IMG/VR virus record: IMGVR_UViG_3300043464_002317 | Location: 1-64,000 of that record | Origin: a virus | Direction: 5' to 3' (one strand) | DNA length: 64,000 bases | Part shown: positions 57,601 to 64,000 of the stretch, one piece after another | Position numbering within the stretch: the first letter of the stretch is position 1 | Layout: each line of letters starts with the position of its first letter | Translations under genes and position numbers: made by a program | The notes under the pieces: generated by a model | Told to the model about the DNA's origin: nothing | Seen by the model: only the letters and a program-made list of their open reading frames with translations | Databases searched by the model: none

Positions 57601-60600
57601 AATCAAAACGATGTACTTAACGTCATACAAAATGGATTATCAAGAATTGGTCGTGGGGCGAGAGTAACTATGATAAATCTTGCAGATGAGACAGTTATTG
57701 ATGTTTCAAGGATAAACAATCCAGAACAAATTGAAGTTATATCAGATGGAATTCGTTTTTATATAATTACTCCAGCAGATGTAGCTCCAAACGTAGTTAT
57801 TAAAGAGCAACTAGGCTTAGAAGTTGGAGATGCAGAAAGAAAGTTTACAACAATACGAAATGATAAGGGAACTGTAATCTCATCACCATTCAGAGCTGCA
57901 AATCAAATTACTCCAGCTTCAGACGATGTTATTCACTCATTGAAAATAGATGATGAAGTAGAAATTTTTGTTGCAGATAATCAATATAATAGGGATTTAC
58001 AAGATAAGAGAAATAACAACGAAATAACAGAACAAGAATATACAGATAAGTTGGTTCTTTCTGTTGTAAAGAATGGTGAAATTATCGGAGTTCTAAGAGC
58101 AGCAGACTTTCTATTTGAACAAGAAGAAAATCAAGCTCAAATGGACGAATTCCGTTCGCAATTCGCAAATCGAGAATTAGGCGATAGAATTGGTTCTACA
58201 CCAGTACAAGGTTTTGAAGTTGCTCGTGGCTATAATTATGTAAATGGTCAGATTCAATACACAACATTAAACGAATACAATCCTGTAAACTATAGCACAT
58301 CTTTTTATTTTGTAAAAGAAGATGGAACTATTATTGATGAACAAGGTAATGAAGTTCAAGAAGACTTTTTTGACCGAGGGAGTTTTGCGCAAGGCGGTGT
58401 CTATATGCGTGTTGATGGAGTAAATAATAAAAAGAATCATACAGTTCAAGTTCTACGTAGTGATAACGATAACTCTGTATTTACTGAAGAAGAATTTACA
58501 AGCGGTAAATTTAAAGAAATAGGGCAAACAAGCCTATCGGATGAACCTATTATTTCTAAGCGTATATCTATTTCTTTGAGACAAGTAAAAGATACTGATA
58601 CTACACACAGTGAAGGTATAAAAGAACAAGTTCAGAATATTACTGATAATAAAGTTTTATCTCAAGAAGAGGAAAAAGAAGTAGCTAAATTGGAAAAAGA
58701 TTTAGCTAAAAAACAAGAATCTTTAGATAAAGTAAATAGGCAAATTGACGAGAATAAAGAAAGAGTAAAAAAATACAACGAAAGCGGAGTATTGGGTCAA
58801 GCGGAGTATAAAAAACTTACTAAAAAAGATATTGATTTAAATATATCTAAACAATCTCTTGAAAAAGATATTCAAGATATAAATCAAAAAATAAAATTAA
58901 TTAAAGGTGACAGAGCAGTAATTGAAGATGTTAACGGAGCTCAAACTGTAGTAGATTCTGTTGTAGAATCAGAAAATGAAACTGTTTTAATATCAGTTAA
59001 CGGAGAAACTGTAGAAGTTAAACTTTCTGAAATCAGTTCAGTAGAACCTGTAGAAACAAGTAGTGATGGTGTAGGGGGGGAAGATGTAGATGTAAAAGAT
59101 GATATAGAAAGAAGAAGACAAGAAAAATTAAGTCAAATTAAACCTGATGGTAAAACTTCTAAAGATAGAAGAAAAGTTTTAATGTTAAACGAAGATTCTG
59201 ATAAAACATTTGATGAATCTTTACAAGAAGCAGGGTATGTAAATGTACAAGGGGTTTGGGTTGAACCAGATATAAACATAGAATTACTAAAAAGTTTACC
59301 TCAAATTTTTTGGGAATACTTATTTGATAAACAAGTTATTTTAGTAAATGACACTACTAAAGAAAGAGGTGGGCAAAGTGCAGACAGAACATTTAAAAAC
59401 GAATCAAGACCTGTTATTTCTTTAGGTAAAAATTCTTCTACGAAAGGAACTTTACAGTTAATTGCACATGAACTTGGTCATTTTGAGTTTAGAAAATTAT
59501 CTGAACAAGAAAAAAACTCTTTAAAAAACTATGGTACAGCATCTACTTGGTATGTAAAAGGTTTAGAAGAAGGAACTTACAAATCAGCAGCAGAAAATTA
59601 TGAAGAAAATTTTGTTGAAAATTATGCAGCAGATTTATTACAAAAAATGGGAATTTCTAAAGGTGTAGATAGAGCTGAAATAAAAATTAATTCCATTTAT
59701 AAAACTATTTTTGATAAAATCAATGCCAAATATGATGCAGAACTAGATGCTTTACAACAACCTAACGAAGAAACAATAGTTTCAGAACAACAACTACCAG
59801 CAGAACAAGTACAAACAGCACCTACAGAACAAGATGCTAACAAATGGATAGCTCAAAATGCTAAAACAGGTGATAAATTAATATTAACAGATGGAACTGA
59901 AATAGAAATAGTTTCTAATGAAGATGGTGTAATAACTATTAAAAGAACTAAAAATGATACTACTGTACAACAAGTATTTCGAGTTTTACCTGATGGTACT
60001 GTTGTTTCAGATGAACCATTATCTTTAGAAAAAGCTGAAGAACCATTAGCTCTACCAAGAAAACCACAAGATACTACAGTTATAGACTCTTTCAGAGAAA
60101 GATTAAGAAAACATGGGATAGAATCAGAAGTTGTTTTATCAGCTTTATCTCAAGTATATCAAAAATCTATAAATGAAGGCAATCCTATAACAAATCTTGA
60201 CGATTTGATTGAAGCTTCTGGATTGACAGCAACTCAAAAAGAACAGTTACAAATGGTTCTTACTCCAGTATATAGAATGGGTGTATGGCAATTCTTAACT
60301 AATTCTGATACTATTTTTGATATTGCTCAACAAGAAAGATGGGCAGCATTTCAAACAACCATCAAAAGTATTCTTGAAGAATCTAGCACTGTAGAAAGTT
60401 CCCTACCTACTGACAACTTAAAAAATGAATTTAAATTAAACGTAATAGATGCCCTTTCAGATGTATTTAATAATTTCAAAATCGGTATCAAAAACATTGA
60501 AATAGCTAATACATTTACTTTACCTGATTGGAATAAAATAACATCAGCTTTAAGTGCAGCAGTTAACACTATAAATCCAAGAGAAGCTATTGTTAAGTTA

Positions 60601-61284
60601 CAACAAGACTTAGCTGAGTTAGGATTACAAGTATACGCAAAAGGACTAATTCAAGTAGCTAGAGTTTCAAGAGCTTCATTAGGTAGAAATCCGCAAGTAG
60701 CTACAGACTATAACAATGTATACACAGATTTATCCATGGCAAATGTAGATGGTAAAATATTTGTTCGTAACGAAAAAGACGGTCTTTTTGTAGAAGTTAA
60801 AGCAACTAAGAAAAAATTTTCAGAAAATGTTATAAATATTCAAAAAGATTTATTATCTTTGTTGGGAGTAAAATTCCCATTAGAATATTTAAACGCATAT
60901 CAACGTATAAACGGAGATTTTGCAGCATTAAAAGAAAGAGCCATATATGAACAACAAAGAGCCGATGCTTTACCTAATTTCTCTTTCTCAGAGATTAAAC
61001 CAGAAAGTATATCATTTGTCACTGAGGATTTATTCGTATCTAAATATTCTGCTAGTACATTAAGTCTTGATGGTAAAAAATATTATAATCTACTGACACT
61101 TGAAAATGGAGAAACTGTTTATGCACCTATAAATAAACGTTTAAACTCAGCAGAAGTAAGAAACTTACTAAAGAGAAACGGGCTTAATGTAGGTAAAATT
61201 GTAAGAAAAGACCAATCATTCGCAGAAAGATTATCTAAAATAGCAAAAATTAAAAAACAATTAGAAAAAATAACTTGTAACTAA
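54661..61284 (+). CDS. giant virion cargo protein with hydrophobic N-terminal helices and an inserted zincin cassette
   Basis: 2207 aa; GEAAIEA and EGVEEVLQ motifs; HELGH at ~59467. Confidence 0.75.
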   Translation: MNTPEYYAKFAAPSSFEGSYVAPQKSFDFDAVYNYAGKNLGYITRYPELSPYGDSEQIQAEKQSGWDKALNSGLQLGALATNTFANHFYSYGRQASALTNQDWSKLWQDDFGQESAQMIQGVSDLYPIYETEEQQRLRDEEGGLSTSLKQFVPFTGRAGNAWANLAGQLGFMAGTAGAVALESAGLAALTAATEGVAAPLALTKTVSNAKLLKSMYTLYKNARTGLTGVKNAAQSAGLIGNIVKSPVFTTYRMLTAAQGEAAIEANINALEYKNKQLEKYGVNVTPEQMQEIDTRATELGNTVFNWNAPVLMLGNAMTIGSLFRVGNLGKSATSQLIKEEATGVIKKKFGELTTKEALNPFIKKTWEFSKKGGKFVVNENLYEGVEEVLQGIGGRAAQHMYETYDSEGGKGLDAFLTALGEETSNTFSTREGWDEFVSGALTGYGIKGITSVYNRATGATAKEQAIRDFTQKGVEQDIQSVNNYMKSVLTNTDPNTNYVKNQVASIEQQETAIADGNVKVAKDAQGQTKIGLFSKLQKYGTSVSDDIFDLWGETMKEMQKTNETDFRQMMGDRNVEEVVSKLKQENKQFNDVYNTIDKNAKNPYNQKTDSKNYQLYEQAKLFAAGMEYNARDSKERGQAIVKDLTTNFGIDETLIASMFDGTTLRDNLTTAKKLFKLQEEALKNAATPEEREALEQELLKSKEKVELLQAIETGAFDEKGNPVYGEKNPEETAAMFIKAYYRDKSALVPDELKKNIEDLITLETESEGYLAAYNFLSNKDYLEKFAESYLNEANKKIAQSEKNISRNQKAASKPIITPEEKYDDNQVDEALTGTTAKASITDFLEEVRSKKQSDGTYLHNGKKYNTAKELAEDLKKETEGFEDLLDQTNDKGESIDSILEKALNNLEEELTEPGDAVRKTEGQPKQVIQPKTKTQSEAEIKKGFWQKSSPYNTKVHSFDLVISFLFPKDLSYLFDSLVKANQNDVLNVIQNGLSRIGRGARVTMINLADETVIDVSRINNPEQIEVISDGIRFYIITPADVAPNVVIKEQLGLEVGDAERKFTTIRNDKGTVISSPFRAANQITPASDDVIHSLKIDDEVEIFVADNQYNRDLQDKRNNNEITEQEYTDKLVLSVVKNGEIIGVLRAADFLFEQEENQAQMDEFRSQFANRELGDRIGSTPVQGFEVARGYNYVNGQIQYTTLNEYNPVNYSTSFYFVKEDGTIIDEQGNEVQEDFFDRGSFAQGGVYMRVDGVNNKKNHTVQVLRSDNDNSVFTEEEFTSGKFKEIGQTSLSDEPIISKRISISLRQVKDTDTTHSEGIKEQVQNITDNKVLSQEEEKEVAKLEKDLAKKQESLDKVNRQIDENKERVKKYNESGVLGQAEYKKLTKKDIDLNISKQSLEKDIQDINQKIKLIKGDRAVIEDVNGAQTVVDSVVESENETVLISVNGETVEVKLSEISSVEPVETSSDGVGGEDVDVKDDIERRRQEKLSQIKPDGKTSKDRRKVLMLNEDSDKTFDESLQEAGYVNVQGVWVEPDINIELLKSLPQIFWEYLFDKQVILVNDTTKERGGQSADRTFKNESRPVISLGKNSSTKGTLQLIAHELGHFEFRKLSEQEKNSLKNYGTASTWYVKGLEEGTYKSAAENYEENFVENYAADLLQKMGISKGVDRAEIKINSIYKTIFDKINAKYDAELDALQQPNEETIVSEQQLPAEQVQTAPTEQDANKWIAQNAKTGDKLILTDGTEIEIVSNEDGVITIKRTKNDTTVQQVFRVLPDGTVVSDEPLSLEKAEEPLALPRKPQDTTVIDSFRERLRKHGIESEVVLSALSQVYQKSINEGNPITNLDDLIEASGLTATQKEQLQMVLTPVYRMGVWQFLTNSDTIFDIAQQERWAAFQTTIKSILEESSTVESSLPTDNLKNEFKLNVIDALSDVFNNFKIGIKNIEIANTFTLPDWNKITSALSAAVNTINPREAIVKLQQDLAELGLQVYAKGLIQVARVSRASLGRNPQVATDYNNVYTDLSMANVDGKIFVRNEKDGLFVEVKATKKKFSENVINIQKDLLSLLGVKFPLEYLNAYQRINGDFAALKERAIYEQQRADALPNFSFSEIKPESISFVTEDLFVSKYSASTLSLDGKKYYNLLTLENGETVYAPINKRLNSAEVRNLLKRNGLNVGKIVRKDQSFAERLSKIAKIKKQLEKITCN

Positions 61285-64000
61285 TGGCTTGTATTTTAAA
61301 AGATAAAAACGGAAATGTAACTTCAGTAACAGCTGACAATGGAAAACCATCTCAACTATTTGATGCAATTAATAAAATACCAGTTTTTGAAAATAGAAAC
61401 AAAGCAGCAGAATTTTATGCTTATATTGTCTCTGAAAAGTATAATCAACAAAAAGATTTACTATTAGATAATAATGGAGAGCCAGTTTTATTTTTTAAAG
61501 ATTTAACAACAACTACAGACCCTGCATCTGGTCAATTTAAATATGAAACAGACTTTTTAATTTCGTTTAATAAAGACAAAGATTCAAAAGGTATACAAAT
61601 AGGTTTTTTAAAAGGAACTGAAACTCAAACAGATTCGGCTAAAAACTTTGTACAAATAGAAAAATTTGAAAGAAATTTAAATCCAAGAACATACTCTGGT
61701 TTTATTGAAAACATGTTGAGCAGAGGTGTACAGCTGACGACTAAAACTGAGAGTGAGCCATCTCAAGCAGGTAGTGTTGGGAAATTGAATGTTGTTGACA
61801 AAACTAAGGATATATTAGACGAAGTTACTGATGAAAAAATAGGTGAAAAAAAGTATCAAGACTTTTCTATTGATTTTGAAGACGGGGCAAGAGCTTTTGG
61901 GACAATTGAAAATGGAGTTGCAAATATTTCAGGCATCAATGCACCTAAAAAAGAAGACAGCGTTATTGAGCCAAAAAGAGGAACAAAAACATACGAAAGA
62001 GTAATTGAAAAGTTAAAAGAAAATGGAATAAAAACCATTAAGGTATCTTTACAATCACAAGACAGTCAAACAGCACTATCTAAGTTAGTTGAAAAAGGTA
62101 TATTGTCAAACCCAAGAGATATGCAAGGGGTGAGCGACAGTCAATTTGCTACCACTTTTGATATACAATCCCTCAAAGAAACACTCCAAGCAGGTAGTGT
62201 TGGTGTAGGGGGAGATGTGAAGCAACAAGAATTGGATGCACAGAGGGTTAACAAAGAAGCAGGTGTAGATATTTATGTAGCAAGACAAGATGTGGATGCG
62301 AATGGCAGTACATACACATTATCGCAAATAAAGGAGAATGGGAATACCAATACATTTTTAATTGAAGATGCCAATGGTAATGAAGTTGGGAAAGCACAAT
62401 TAAGTGTAGATGGTAATTATTTAGAGAATATAAGGATTGACGAAAATCACAGAAGAAAAGGACTTGCAAGTAAGGTATACGATTTTATAGAATTACGAAA
62501 AGGTATTGAATTAAAGCCTTCACCAAATAAGCAATCAAAAGAAGCTAAAGCGTTGTGGGATAATCGTAATTTAAAAAAATCAGAACAACCCCTCAAAGAA
62601 CAACAGACTCAAACTACTCCAGAAAAAACTTTATTTGACAGAGCTGTTGATTCATTAAAATCATTTGTAGCTTTTAAGGATACTAACGTAACAACTGACG
62701 ACACTAATTTGAAAAAAGCTTTGAACGCTGTAGATTTAAAAACTCCAAAAGGAGAAATCTACGGTGCATCTTATGTCAATGCAGACGGGCAACAAGAAAT
62801 TTATATCAATCCTGAAAAACTTTCAATCGAGTCATTAATCCATGAAAATTTTCATCCGTTTCAAGTAGCACTTAGAGAAGCAGCTAAAAGCGGAGACCCA
62901 CAAGCAAAAGCATTTATAGACAGAATGCTTGAACTTGCAAAACAAGAAGTAAAAGATAATTTTGCACCTGCCGAAGCCGAGCAGATTTTGGCGCAGTTTG
63001 AAAATAGGTTGACAAAAACATCTATGCCAGAAACAACCCCTGTAAACTTCTTTGCAATAGGTCAAAGAGGTGCTATGGCTCTTGATAAAATAGAAGGAGG
63101 ATTTAATAGATTAAAAAGACTAAAAGAAGCAAAAGAATTAGAAAGTTTAGGAAAATCTAACGCATACATAAAATTTTTGACAGGTTGGGAAAGACAAGAT
63201 GGTAAATGGAAAACAGAAATTGATGATTTTACTGATTTAAAAACAACCCCAGAACAAATTCTTAATCTCAGAGAAAATATAGGAGCAACAACAACCGTAA
63301 AAGAATTTTTTAATAATAATGCAGCAATTGTTTTACAAGCATTTCCTAAAATAGGAGATATAACTGTAAGATACGATGACAATGCTACAGGAGCTTATGC
63401 ACATTATGACCCTATAAATAAAGAAATAGTCTTTTATAAAGATTATTTAGATAGACCAGTAAATGATATTAAAAGTTCATTTCTTCATGAAATACAACAC
63501 GCTATCCAACAAATAGAAGGTTTTGATTTTGGAGCTGACGAAAATATGCAAAAGATTTTGTCAGATATGCATAAAATAACTACAAATGATGCATATTTTA
63601 GGTCAGCTAGTGAAGTTGAAGCAAGAAACATACAAAAACGTATGTTGATGTCAGCTAAAGATAGATTACTTACTGAATTAGATGCTACAGCAGATGTTTT
63701 ACCAGAAGATAGGCTTTTTATAGCAGATGCTTTAGATGCAACAAATAAAGCTATAGTCAAGTTATCTGATGTTAACTTCGTAAGAAATATGGAAGTTAAA
63801 CCAATAGCCAATGAAATAGATGTTGTAAACGGATTTTATTCTCCTATTGAAAAAATATTAACTGAAACAAAAATTGAAAAACAGAGTGGAGCGAAGTGGC
63901 TTTCAGTAGTAGGTAAAGGTGACGAGGCTACATGGACAGGAGTTAAAAATTGGTTAGAAGAAAATTCACAAAAACAAATTTCAAAATCTGAAATTCAGCA
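61284..64000 (+). CDS. giant polyvalent cargo protein, 5' part (two GNAT-like cassettes, zincin, LPD23-like/MPTase); truncated by the window
   Basis: Not in the ORF track because it has no stop; translated by hand from MACILKDKNG. Contains IRIDENHRRKGLASKVY, IHENFH, TGWERQDGKWKTEIDD and LHEIQHAIQQIEGF..EVEARNIQKR. Confidence 0.85.
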   Translation, partial: MACILKDKNGNVTSVTADNGKPSQLFDAINKIPVFENRNKAAEFYAYIVSEKYNQQKDLLLDNNGEPVLFFKDLTTTTDPASGQFKYETDFLISFNKDKDSKGIQIGFLKGTETQTDSAKNFVQIEKFERNLNPRTYSGFIENMLSRGVQLTTKTESEPSQAGSVGKLNVVDKTKDILDEVTDEKIGEKKYQDFSIDFEDGARAFGTIENGVANISGINAPKKEDSVIEPKRGTKTYERVIEKLKENGIKTIKVSLQSQDSQTALSKLVEKGILSNPRDMQGVSDSQFATTFDIQSLKETLQAGSVGVGGDVKQQELDAQRVNKEAGVDIYVARQDVDANGSTYTLSQIKENGNTNTFLIEDANGNEVGKAQLSVDGNYLENIRIDENHRRKGLASKVYDFIELRKGIELKPSPNKQSKEAKALWDNRNLKKSEQPLKEQQTQTTPEKTLFDRAVDSLKSFVAFKDTNVTTDDTNLKKALNAVDLKTPKGEIYGASYVNADGQQEIYINPEKLSIESLIHENFHPFQVALREAAKSGDPQAKAFIDRMLELAKQEVKDNFAPAEAEQILAQFENRLTKTSMPETTPVNFFAIGQRGAMALDKIEGGFNRLKRLKEAKELESLGKSNAYIKFLTGWERQDGKWKTEIDDFTDLKTTPEQILNLRENIGATTTVKEFFNNNAAIVLQAFPKIGDITVRYDDNATGAYAHYDPINKEIVFYKDYLDRPVNDIKSSFLHEIQHAIQQIEGFDFGADENMQKILSDMHKITTNDAYFRSASEVEARNIQKRMLMSAKDRLLTELDATADVLPEDRLFIADALDATNKAIVKLSDVNFVRNMEVKPIANEIDVVNGFYSPIEKILTETKIEKQSGAKWLSVVGKGDEATWTGVKNWLEENSQKQISKSEIQ

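Noticed and set aside
54661-61284. 2207 aa protein as the virion RNA polymerase
   Set aside because: No convincing catalytic DxDxD motif in a polymerase context; the polymerase more likely lies beyond the window.
9925-63811. Numerous short minus-strand ORFs in the ORF track (and plus-strand ones at 2864, 3559, 4725)
   Set aside because: They are antisense shadows of long genes or of the tRNA, with no leaders or recognisable motifs.
10470-64000. Stop-codon reassignment as seen in some crAss-like phages
   Set aside because: Genes are long, tightly packed and uninterrupted in the standard code; no suppressor tRNA seen.

Overview
AT-rich 64 kb segment of a crAss-like (Crassvirales-type) podovirus genome. 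The host is probably an environmental Bacteroidetes/Flavobacteriia species, judging from TAnnTTTG promoters and Bacteroidetes-type domains. The left arm (1-7.9 kb, minus strand) carries small early-type ORFs with their own promoters, a structured non-coding gap, PhoH, a ClpP-like protease, an orphan OmpR-type winged helix, a metallophosphoesterase, a GIY-YIG-like nuclease and RecA. After an AT-rich divergent promoter region (~7.9-8.3 kb) the plus strand carries the virion module. In order: an atypical initiator-like tRNA-Met, intein-containing TerL, portal, scaffold-like protein, major capsid, auxiliary/ring proteins, a fibre/spike cluster with holin, spanin-like and endolysin genes, tail ring and stabilisation (muzzle) proteins, then giant putative ejected cargo proteins, the last running off the window. 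Most interesting observations: (1) in-frame effector-domain cassettes (GNAT-like, zincin) bounded by conserved DNA junction repeats inside the giant cargo genes; (2) a cargo protein built from many small modules joined by a repeated [QK]xGG motif, with recombination scars; (3) an orphan DGR-type variable region; (4) five late promoters with an ATAAC-N7-GTTAT palindrome exactly 32 nt before the -7 box; (5) a 3'-UTR hairpin whose loop is antisense to AACCAATCA motifs in structural-gene leaders. All family calls come from motif recognition and synteny, not from database searches.
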